A stretch of 64,000 nt of DNA, from positions 17,484 through 81,483 of IMG/VR virus record IMGVR_UViG_3300036783_000113, one strand, 5' to 3'. Numbering within the stretch: position 1 is the first letter of the stretch; the number at the start of each line of letters is the position of its first letter. The DNA is from a virus (lineage: Duplodnaviria > Caudoviricetes). This document shows, piece by piece, positions 56,381 to 64,000 of the stretch. The notes beneath the pieces were generated by a model. The model was not told the DNA's origin. It worked only from the letters and a program-made list of their open reading frames with translations, and searched no databases. A program made the position numbers and the translations under genes.

Positions 56381-58785
56381 AGATTAAATTAAATGTCCCT
56401 AAATTTGAGAAGCCGATGGATCAGCCGCAAATGGTAATTCCGAAATTTCCGAAAAAAGAAGAGAGAGAATATATGCTTCCGATGGTAGTAGAAAAATCCC
56501 TGACTATCGTATCGGAAAGGGAACAACCAAAGAAACCTAAACCAAAAGCTAAATTTAAATTTGCTATAGCTCCTGCTGAATATGAAACACATCAAATAAC
56601 AGCTGTACCATCTACTAAGAATGATAAAGCTCATTTATTAATTGAATCATTCGCCAATCAAAATAAAGAGATAATTGATATTGTAAAAGGATGTAATATA
56701 GATGAAAAAGGTATTCATTTGCCACGAACAGGTAAATTCTTTTTTGAAACAGTTATTACTAATAAAGAATTTAAACAGTATATAACGTTCAATAAAGATG
56801 TTAGCGAATATGCAATACAACAAGCTGGTTTTTGTTGGCATAACTCACCGATAGTTAAACAAGAAGAATGTATATATGAAGATATAAATATTAAAAAGTC
56901 TACTGGTTATGAATATAGGTTAAAGTATACACCAGCACTCTCTTTAACTATCGATGGAAGATTACAAGAACGTCCATTACGAGATTTTCTTGAGTTAGGT
57001 AAATTACTGAAGAAGGACGAAAAGGTTATAGTTCAATTTGGTTTTATGCCTTGTGAAGAATCTTGGTTCAAGACTGGCGAAAAGTCACTTGATGAATTAC
57101 CTAAACGTATCAAGAAAGATGCTAAAGGTGACAAATTAGCTTTTAATGGCTTTGAATGTTCATTAAGGATAATTTGTATGGGGACAACGAAACAACGGTC
57201 AGAAATCATCTACAGGGGCTTTAATATGGCTGTTAGGCAATTAAATAAAGATAATGAATTGATTGGCGAAAAGATAAAGGATAAGAAGCTAGATAAATGG
57301 TTAAAACAATATGTTATAGCACGTAAAATAATTTCACCGATCCGCTTTAATAAACGTTTCATATTAACTCATAAAGAAATCACTCACTTCATTAAGTTGC
57401 CGCAACGAAACTTACAAGTGGAATATGAAGTAAAAGTTAAAGAACGAGAACAATTGACGATACCAAAAGAAATACGTGGAAAAGGTATAATGATGGGACA
57501 TTCTGAAGAAAGGAATAACAAGATACCTATATCAATACCGATGAAGAATAAAGATCACCTTGCAGCTACTTATGCGTTCGTGGGTAGTCCACGTAATGGT
57601 AAGGATATGTCATCGGCTAGGTTTATAATTGAAGCCGCTAAAAACGGTCATGGAGCTGTTATAACGGATGTGATTGATGAACAAGGTCGTGGTATGAGTG
57701 ATTTAGTGAAACAAAATTTACCTGATGATAAGGTTGTTGATATTGATTTCACTGATATAAATAACCCTATTTACTTTGGTCTTGATGATGTAATTGAATT
57801 AATCGGTAAACAAGGTAATGATATTATAGCGAATGATTTAGTTAAAATACTGGAACTTGATGATAAGTATGATTCAAAACAATTAGCGCGACTTGTGGCC
57901 AAAGTTAATAAATGTAACATATACGATATGTATTGTTTCTTGAAGTCTGATTCATTTGCTAAACAGGTATTCGAACGATTAGAAAAAGAAGATAAGTTAT
58001 TAGCGTTGCAACTTGAAAATGATTACTTTGAGAAAAATATAAGTCCGACAATAAAAGGAGCTGTATTAACTCGTTTAGATGAGATATTAGGATTTAAGTT
58101 AACTAAGAATATGTTCGCACAAAAACCAGCTATTAAACTTGATTTAGAAAAATTAATCAATCAGAATAAGGTGATTATATGCCGTATGCGTAAAATGGGT
58201 GGATTAGGTGAGCTTGGAACACGATTAATGATGAATTTACTTACATTAAAAGTGGCGTGGATCAAAAAGATTAAAAAGACGGATAATGTAACTTTTATGG
58301 CATTCAATGAATTTCACCAGTATCAGAATAAAGCATGGGATGAAATGATGTCGGATTATATGATGGAAATGCCAAAGTATCGTTTGGGCTTTGTATTGAT
58401 ATTCCATACACCTGAAAAGATTGGCCGCTTCTTATGGGACTCAATCCAATCAGCTTCAGTTAATTACTTTCTCTTTAAAAATACGAATATAAATATCTAT
58501 CGACAAATGCAAGAACAACTAAAGCCGTTTGAAATTGATATATGTATGAAGACTGAAAAATATGAAAGTATATTTGTACCATTCATTGAAGGTAAAACGC
58601 TGACACCTATATTCGTTAAGATGTCACCAGTAGATGAATTTAACACATCGTACCGCACACCACATGATTATAATTACGGCACGCCAATTGATGAAGTTGA
58701 GGATTACATTTACCAGCGCGAGATAAATATGTATGAGAAGAAAAAGAAGGATAAGAAAGATAAAAAAGAGAAGACCGATGACTAA
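56377..58785 (+). CDS. VirD4/TraG/HerA-FtsK-superfamily ATPase
   Basis: Walker A FVGSPRNGKD, AVITD, VVDID, Walker B variant AFNEFHQY, KYRLGFVLIFH; no TM segment. Confidence 0.7.
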   Translation: MKIKLNVPKFEKPMDQPQMVIPKFPKKEEREYMLPMVVEKSLTIVSEREQPKKPKPKAKFKFAIAPAEYETHQITAVPSTKNDKAHLLIESFANQNKEIIDIVKGCNIDEKGIHLPRTGKFFFETVITNKEFKQYITFNKDVSEYAIQQAGFCWHNSPIVKQEECIYEDINIKKSTGYEYRLKYTPALSLTIDGRLQERPLRDFLELGKLLKKDEKVIVQFGFMPCEESWFKTGEKSLDELPKRIKKDAKGDKLAFNGFECSLRIICMGTTKQRSEIIYRGFNMAVRQLNKDNELIGEKIKDKKLDKWLKQYVIARKIISPIRFNKRFILTHKEITHFIKLPQRNLQVEYEVKVKEREQLTIPKEIRGKGIMMGHSEERNNKIPISIPMKNKDHLAATYAFVGSPRNGKDMSSARFIIEAAKNGHGAVITDVIDEQGRGMSDLVKQNLPDDKVVDIDFTDINNPIYFGLDDVIELIGKQGNDIIANDLVKILELDDKYDSKQLARLVAKVNKCNIYDMYCFLKSDSFAKQVFERLEKEDKLLALQLENDYFEKNISPTIKGAVLTRLDEILGFKLTKNMFAQKPAIKLDLEKLINQNKVIICRMRKMGGLGELGTRLMMNLLTLKVAWIKKIKKTDNVTFMAFNEFHQYQNKAWDEMMSDYMMEMPKYRLGFVLIFHTPEKIGRFLWDSIQSASVNYFLFKNTNINIYRQMQEQLKPFEIDICMKTEKYESIFVPFIEGKTLTPIFVKMSPVDEFNTSYRTPHDYNYGTPIDEVEDYIYQREINMYEKKKKDKKDKKEKTDD

Positions 58786-58800
58786 TTTGTCAGGTCTTCT
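58769..58800. terminator. Hairpin built from two overlapping convergent stop codons
   Basis: AGAAGACC..TGAC-TAATTT-GTCA-GGTCTTCT. Confidence 0.55.
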
Positions 58801-58967
58801 TTCTCCTTGTTATCCCTAGCCAATGAAGAGTCTTCTTTTTCGGCTTCTATATTAGAAAAGAATTCTATTTTATCCGCTGATACACCTCGTAAAGGTTCTC
58901 CATTTTCATAAGTTATACCTGAAATCACACTACCATTGGCGAATTTAATTTCTAATTTATCGCTCAT
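58782..58967 (-). CDS. Hypothetical protein
   Basis: KFANGS.I...G motif; ORF track. Confidence 0.5.
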   Translation of the reverse strand: MSDKLEIKFANGSVISGITYENGEPLRGVSADKIEFFSNIEAEKEDSSLARDNKEKEDLTN

Positions 58968-58968
58968 A

Positions 58969-59850
58969 TTATTTCAATCCTATCTTTTGATCCGCTACAT
59001 AATTATCTTCTTCAGGGTGTTTAACCCATTCTGTAGCTACATTTCCAACTTCAATTTGCTTAATTTCAGCTTTATCATTATATGCAACCACTAAATTATC
59101 ACCATATTGTTCTTTTAACGGTTCTAACTTTTCTTTCTCTCGCTGTAGTTTCTTATGTAGCCACACACAACCCTCTTTGTTTAAAACTGTCACACGGTAT
59201 TGTTTTCCGCCTTTAACAGAATCGATAATTTTAAAGTATTTCATATGACGTTGATAAGGCATGTTATAATTAACGCCTTTATTCATTAAAACTTTCATTT
59301 GGCGTAACTTTTCAAACAATGTATTTCGTCCGATATTAACTCTTCGTCCAAATTCACCGATTGAACAATGACCTTCTACATCTAACCAAGCATCGTACAT
59401 ATCAAGTTTAGGTTTTGCTTCAATAATTTTTTCGGATAACTCTTTATTTTGGACAAGTAGCAATTGTTTCTCCTGCTGCTCTTTAATCCATCGTTTAGCT
59501 CTTGCGATTGGATCATCAATCATATAAGAATTTAAATCGCGGTTCTTTAACTCTTGTTCCATTCGATTAAATTCAGTGATATACATTTCTTTAAATCGTG
59601 CTGCTTCGAACCCAATAAAACCCATTACAAGGAATGAAACACCATCGCGTTTAATTAAATATTTTTTGTTTGTTTTTCCACTAGAATCTTTGTAATCACT
59701 CAAGCCAAAGTTGGCTTCAGTAAATTTTTCGCTACATTGAAGACTTTCGATTGCTCTAATAACTTTAGAGTGTTCTTTCCCAAAAACTTCAGCCACCATT
59801 AAACTATCTGTTATTACCTCGTCATTTTCGATAAATACAATGTTATTCAT
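58969..59850 (-). CDS. rha: Rha-family regulator with KilAC/ANT domain
   Basis: TDSLMVAEVFGKEH..V.R.I, FLVMGF.G, SYMIDDPI.RA..W, IGRN.LF..LR, PYQ. Confidence 0.88.
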   Translation of the reverse strand: MNNIVFIENDEVITDSLMVAEVFGKEHSKVIRAIESLQCSEKFTEANFGLSDYKDSSGKTNKKYLIKRDGVSFLVMGFIGFEAARFKEMYITEFNRMEQELKNRDLNSYMIDDPIARAKRWIKEQQEKQLLLVQNKELSEKIIEAKPKLDMYDAWLDVEGHCSIGEFGRRVNIGRNTLFEKLRQMKVLMNKGVNYNMPYQRHMKYFKIIDSVKGGKQYRVTVLNKEGCVWLHKKLQREKEKLEPLKEQYGDNLVVAYNDKAEIKQIEVGNVATEWVKHPEEDNYVADQKIGLK

Positions 59851-59851
59851 T

Positions 59852-59956
59852 TTATTTTCCTCCTTTAGTTTTTAAAACAAAATTTGTAGCTACAACTTCA
59901 CCACAACCAGTTAATAAAGCTACAGATAATCCAGCGATCATAAATAACTTTTTCAT
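59852..59956 (-). CDS. 34-aa lipoprotein signal peptide ORF (possibly truncated)
   Basis: MKKLFMIAGLSVALLTGC lipobox, then only 16 residues. Confidence 0.5.
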   Translation of the reverse strand: MKKLFMIAGLSVALLTGCGEVVATNFVLKTKGGK

Positions 59957-60141
59957 TCTGTTTCCTCCTTAGGCTTTTTCAAAGCTTTCTTGAGTTCTTT
60001 TATTGATACGTTATTAGTGGCGGTTATACCACCTTCATTACTCTTAATGGTCACTGTGCCGTCATCAAAAATCATTACTTCCATTGAATCGTCAGGAATT
60101 ACCGAACAATATAATTTAACTTTTTTTATTTCTTTCGTCAT
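59953..60141 (-). CDS. Hypothetical protein
   Basis: First gene after the promoter at 60172-60200. Confidence 0.5.
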   Translation of the reverse strand: MTKEIKKVKLYCSVIPDDSMEVMIFDDGTVTIKSNEGGITATNNVSIKELKKALKKPKEETE

Positions 60142-60171
60142 TTCAATTCCCCCTTATTAGTATTTGATTTC

Positions 60172-60200
60172 ATTTTAACTTAACTTATTAGTATACGCAA
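60172..60200 (-). promoter_or_regulatory. sigmaA promoter
   Basis: TTGCGT-17-TAAAAT. Confidence 0.6.
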
Positions 60201-60301
60201 CATAAAATTAAATATTCCTTTAAGAAATTTCGGAAATATAGGAATTAAGCAAGTTATTAAGCTCATAAATTAGACTATAAAACAATTTAAGGAGTGATTA
60301 A

Positions 60302-60529
60302 ATGAATGAGAGAGTCCGTTTGTTTAAGGCAGCAAGAAAGGAAAAAGATGCCGCTTATAAAAGAACTATAGAACTTATGAATCATATGGTTGATAATGAT
60401 TTGTTTCACGACAAAAAGTTAATGGCTGAATTGCATGATGTTATGCATACGTATGACGTTATGAAATGTGTAATGAAAACATGTAGAAAGGAAGTTGATA
60501 AAAATGTTATTAGCTATAGATTCAGGTAA
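60302..60529 (+). CDS. Hypothetical protein upstream of parM
   Basis: AAGGAG RBS; overlaps parM. Confidence 0.55.
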   Translation: MNERVRLFKAARKEKDAAYKRTIELMNHMVDNDLFHDKKLMAELHDVMHTYDVMKCVMKTCRKEVDKNVISYRFR

Positions 60530-61328
60530 TTGGAATGTTAAAGTTGCATGGGAAAATGGTTTTGATATATTTGATTCATGTTTAGGTGAAGGTCGAAAAC
60601 GTAACCTTGAAAGTAAATATAATGATGAAATGATTGTTAAATACGCTGGCCAATATATGTTTGCTGGTATGTTAGCTGAATACGAATCAAACTTTCCACG
60701 CCGTTCATTTGGCCTTTCGAAAGCTCATGACGATATGAAAGTTAGAACGTTAATAGCCTGTCATCGCTATGGCAAGGGCAACACTTTAGATTTAATGGTA
60801 GGGCAACCAATTAAAAAGCACGATGATAAAAGCAAGGAAATGATAAAAGAGCTGCTATTAGGCGACCATGAAATTGAAGTTAATGGAGTTATGAAGAAAT
60901 TCACTGTAAATAGCGTTAATGTAGGGGCTGAAGGAGCTTCTGTTTACTGGACTTTAGATTCTCATGAACCAGCAATACGAATAGTTGACATAGGATCAGG
61001 AACAATAAATATAGCTACAATTCGTGACGGTTTCTTTATTGATAAGGAATCAACCACACTTCCATTCGGAACGAATAAAGCTGATAATGATGTATACAGT
61101 CTTGCTAATGCAGTCAATTCAGCTTTAACTAGTGTGTGCGATGTACGAGATAAGTTATATATTTGCGGCGGTATCGCTGATTATATTTTCCCTTTAATCA
61201 ACCAACAATATCCGAACTCACAAACTGTTATACCTAAACATTTCGCTAATGGTAAAGTTGATGAATTACCTCCACAATTTGCTAATGTTATAGGTCTATA
61301 CAATCTTGGTACAGTGATACACTCATGA
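60504..61328 (+). CDS. parM: ParM/StbA-family actin-like ATPase
   Basis: LAIDSGNWNVK (phosphate 1), EGA, IVDIGSGTIN (phosphate 2), ICGG, ANV.GLY. Confidence 0.9.
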   Translation: MLLAIDSGNWNVKVAWENGFDIFDSCLGEGRKRNLESKYNDEMIVKYAGQYMFAGMLAEYESNFPRRSFGLSKAHDDMKVRTLIACHRYGKGNTLDLMVGQPIKKHDDKSKEMIKELLLGDHEIEVNGVMKKFTVNSVNVGAEGASVYWTLDSHEPAIRIVDIGSGTINIATIRDGFFIDKESTTLPFGTNKADNDVYSLANAVNSALTSVCDVRDKLYICGGIADYIFPLINQQYPNSQTVIPKHFANGKVDELPPQFANVIGLYNLGTVIHS

Positions 61329-61555
61329 CTATGAAGATAACTATTTCATTCACTGACGAAGAGGAAGAATTGTATTTAAAAGCTTATAAACAAGATGATA
61401 AATCAAAGTATATAAAGCGTCTTATACGGCGTGATATCAGTCCGAATACAATTAGTCCTGAAGTTCTTTTAAAACCTGAAATAAGGCGAATAGAACCGTC
61501 AAAACCTATAATAAAAGAACAAAACAATAATAAAAAAGCCCTTAGCTTCATTTAG
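61325..61555 (+). CDS. parR: ParR-like ribbon-helix-helix adaptor
   Basis: KITISF strand, helix, KSKYIKRLIRRDI; ATGA-coupled to parM. Confidence 0.75.
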   Translation: MTMKITISFTDEEEELYLKAYKQDDKSKYIKRLIRRDISPNTISPEVLLKPEIRRIEPSKPIIKEQNNNKKALSFI

Positions 61556-61566
61556 CTAGGGGCTTT
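61535..61566. terminator. Bidirectional terminator
   Basis: 13-bp stem between convergent genes. Confidence 0.7.
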
Positions 61567-61752
61567 AACATTGAACATTTCTTCAAAGTCAGAATAATAA
61601 TCTTTTGGTATATTCTTTTCTCTTTTGCATTTAGGACAAGCTACAACGAAATATCTATCTTCACTATCTATCCCATCCGGTATAGTAAATGTATCAATCA
61701 AATGCCAATCGTGAATACAAAACACTTTCTTTTGTTCAAAGAAACCAAACAC
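61552..61752 (-). CDS. Small zinc-ribbon protein
   Basis: C.HDW...CPKC. Confidence 0.55.
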   Translation of the reverse strand: MFGFFEQKKVFCIHDWHLIDTFTIPDGIDSEDRYFVVACPKCKREKNIPKDYYSDFEEMFNVKAPS

Positions 61753-61763
61753 ATAAACACCTC

Positions 61764-62672
61764 CTATACTTCTTGTAATGTTTTGCTAACTTTATTAATA
61801 ACTGATTTTTGAGTATCAAGATAATTCTTTTTAGTGATATTAACATCTGAATGCCCTAAGTAATCTGAAACGTAAGCTAAATCTAAACCTTGTTCTAAAA
61901 GCATTGTACCAGTTGTCTTACGTAACATATGAGGGTGAAGTTTATCTTCAATACCTATTTTCTTACCCATTGATTTTAAATGTCTATTGATAGTAAAACG
62001 TGAAAGTTGGCCTTTATGACGATCTGATTCAAAAATATAAGTTGATTCCCATGTACGCGCTGCTTTCATTTCTAAAAGTTTTTCCATTGTATTATCTTGG
62101 ATATGAGCCTTGCGAAGTTTTGACATCCCACCTTTACCTTTACCGTAAATGTGAATAATATGTCCTCCATTTTCCACTTCAATATCTCCCCATTTAGCTT
62201 CAACTAATTCGCTAATTCGGCAAGCTGTTGAGTAGAAAAATCTTACGATACATTCTTGGGTTAAACTATCTGCTGATTCAATTAACATTTTGATTGTATC
62301 TAAATCTAAAACTTCAACAGGTTTATCTTTAATTACTGGTATCAGATCAGTTAAATCTCTTTTACGTGCGAATAATACCTTTTCAAGTTTACCTTCTTCG
62401 TATAAGAATGAGATAAATTCATGTAGTGAATATACTTTACGCTTAATCGTTGATGCTTCAAAGTTATTTGCTTTTAAATGATTGATATAAGCTATGAAGT
62501 CATCTTTAGTGAATGCTTTCATGTTGTAGTTGATCCCTTTTTCTTCAAGGTATTCAAAGAATTTTTCAACATCTAATCCGTATGCATATACCGTTCCTTT
62601 AGCTTTGTTTCTATTTTCTAAGTATCGTTTAAAATCATATCTTGATTTAATTAAGTCCTTCTTGTATGTCAT
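61764..62672 (-). CDS. Tyrosine recombinase, XerC/D type
   Basis: SAM-like N-domain; catalytic R (ACRISEL), K (GKG), HxxR (HPHMLRK), LGHS, Y; 302 aa with no arm-binding domain. Confidence 0.92.
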   Translation of the reverse strand: MTYKKDLIKSRYDFKRYLENRNKAKGTVYAYGLDVEKFFEYLEEKGINYNMKAFTKDDFIAYINHLKANNFEASTIKRKVYSLHEFISFLYEEGKLEKVLFARKRDLTDLIPVIKDKPVEVLDLDTIKMLIESADSLTQECIVRFFYSTACRISELVEAKWGDIEVENGGHIIHIYGKGKGGMSKLRKAHIQDNTMEKLLEMKAARTWESTYIFESDRHKGQLSRFTINRHLKSMGKKIGIEDKLHPHMLRKTTGTMLLEQGLDLAYVSDYLGHSDVNITKKNYLDTQKSVINKVSKTLQEV

Positions 62673-62703
62673 TTCTGTTTCCTCCCTTTATTAACTTAAC
62701 CTC

Positions 62704-62732
62704 ATATTATCATTAAAGTTATGTTGAGTCAA
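62704..62732 (-). promoter_or_regulatory. sigmaA promoter of the recombinase
   Basis: TTGACT-17-TAATAT. Confidence 0.75.
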
Positions 62733-62742
62733 TAGGCAAAAT

Positions 62743-62853
62743 AAAAAGACACCTAGTTTCCGCTAGATGCCCTTTGACGATTTTATGAAAACATGATTAG
62801 ATTCAACAGAAAAGAGGTTTTCACCTACCTTTTCTTATTTAATCTTATGAACA
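62743..62853 (-). ncRNA. ~110-nt standalone transcript (sRNA or 13-aa peptide mRNA)
   Basis: Promoter TTGACT-17-TATAAT (62860-62888), GAAA-loop hairpin 62809-62834, terminator 62743-62772. Confidence 0.5.
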
Positions 62854-62874
62854 CTTATCATTATAATATGTTGT

Positions 62875-63237
62875 TTACTTAGAGTCAATAATTTCTTTTA
62901 TTTTTCTTAAAACAGGTAATGGTACATGAGATTTTAAAGCGTTACTGATTTGATGTTTTAATTCAGCTCTTTCTTTTCTTATCACTCTACTTTTTAATAT
63001 TTCTTCTTTTGTTGAATAAGCATAATGATATTCGAAAGTCCCTTTGTGTGTGAAAGTTTTCAAATCAAAACGCCTTATTAAATCTCCATCTTTATTATGA
63101 GCATAAAAACTAGCTGTATTTACCTTCGTAACAATATATTCGTAAATGTTACCTCCTTCATTGCCAAACATACCACTAACCGTTACATATACAGTTTGTC
63201 CAACTTCAGGTTTTTGTCTTTTTGTTTTCTTAGCCAT
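62875..63237 (-). CDS. Hypothetical protein
   Basis: P.VGQTVYV SH3-like start; GGAGG RBS. Confidence 0.55.
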   Translation of the reverse strand: MAKKTKRQKPEVGQTVYVTVSGMFGNEGGNIYEYIVTKVNTASFYAHNKDGDLIRRFDLKTFTHKGTFEYHYAYSTKEEILKSRVIRKERAELKHQISNALKSHVPLPVLRKIKEIIDSK

Positions 63238-63763
63238 TGTAAATCCCTCCATTATCTAAAGGAAATGCTGTTTCAATAGCTAGTCTTATTTTTTGAGCTA
63301 AATCAAATACGACAGCTAATCTAGTCACTTGTAAAATTGAAATATTAAAATCTGTATCACCAGTACTAAAGTTTACTATAGGTCTAATAAAGTATTCACC
63401 AATTTCAATCAAATCTTTTCCGACAGCTTTTCCTATTTTCGCTTCTCCTGAATCTAATTTTATCTTTCCGATATTTTCTCTTTTTCCTAAACACGGATTG
63501 ATAACAACAACGCGAACACCTTCAGGTATCAATTTAACTTTTTCTTCTAAATTAGTTGCGTGAACCGGATCATCTAAAGTTCCAATTACATTTTTATAAC
63601 CTTTTTCTTTTAATTGAGTACCGACTAATGGAGCTAATGAATCACCTATTACCCTATCACTACCGATGCACACGAAGAATACGTCTTCACCAATCAACAT
63701 CCTTCTTAAATTCATAGCTATTTCAAATGAGTTTCTTGTCATTACAATATTATTTTTAGTCAT
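63230..63763 (-). CDS. yyaC: YyaC-family (GPR-like) spore protease homologue
   Basis: CIGSDRVIGDSLAPLVG, GTLDDPVHATN, CLG, G.AVGKDL..IG, IVN, LQ.TRL. Confidence 0.88.
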   Translation of the reverse strand: MTKNNIVMTRNSFEIAMNLRRMLIGEDVFFVCIGSDRVIGDSLAPLVGTQLKEKGYKNVIGTLDDPVHATNLEEKVKLIPEGVRVVVINPCLGKRENIGKIKLDSGEAKIGKAVGKDLIEIGEYFIRPIVNFSTGDTDFNISILQVTRLAVVFDLAQKIRLAIETAFPLDNGGIYNG

Positions 63764-64000
63764 TTTTATTCCCCCTCAATAGTTTCAATGTGATAAAAAA
63801 TCTCGTTATATCTTTTTATAATATCATCAATTGTAGCACTATCATCATCCCACAACTCTTTTATGGTTAAATACTTTTCTTTGTACGTCATTTTATTCCT
63901 CCCCAATATATGCTTTTAATTTATTCATCGCCGTACTTGCTTCAATAACTAACTCTTTAAGTTTTGGATCAGATATAGTTTCGATGCTCACATAATCAAA

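Noticed and set aside
1-64000. Genome-wide UGA recoding
   Set aside because: TGA terminates many clear genes (often as ATGA overlaps), and conserved proteins are intact under code 11. Only one in-frame TGA case was seen.
1-64000. CRISPR array, DGR/retron, IS elements
   Set aside because: No regularly spaced repeats, no reverse transcriptase and no transposase motifs. The Cas4-like nuclease lies in a Sak4/SSB recombination context.

Overview
This window is about 64 kb of a Bacillus (probably cereus-group) long-tailed dsDNA phage. From memory it resembles the ~80 kb Basilisk/PBC4-type siphoviruses; this needs a BLAST check. Layout: (i) 0.1-2.1 kb: dimeric dUTPase, an RsfA-family sporulation regulator and small ORFs. 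(ii) 2.2-3.4 kb: a non-coding transcription unit with two consensus sigmaA promoters, three non-canonical tRNA-like elements, a ~630-nt hairpin-rich RNA between them and an sRNA-like 3' module. (iii) 3.5-34.8 kb, plus strand: morphogenesis and lysis genes (terminase, portal, protease/scaffold, capsid, tail with +1 and -1 frameshift sites, 2185-aa tape measure with an M23 domain, modular fibres, two holins, amidase, a stand-alone cell-wall-binding domain, HNH). (iv) 34.9-54.8 kb, minus strand: replication, recombination and nucleotide genes (RuvC, DHFR, ThyA, Cas4-like nuclease, SLOG, primase, DnaB, dNMP kinase, PhoH, Sak4-like ATPase, SSB, class Ib NrdIEF). (v) 55-63.8 kb: a plasmid-like island with an RHH regulator, a pilin-like gene plus a VirD4/TraG-like ATPase, Rha-KilAC, ParM/ParR, a Xer-type recombinase, a small standalone RNA unit and a YyaC spore-protease homologue. 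The best candidates for an undescribed system are the tRNA-like-punctuated large ncRNA locus, and the minimal pilin/coupling-ATPase module together with partition and sporulation genes. All family calls come from motif recognition by eye; no searches were run.
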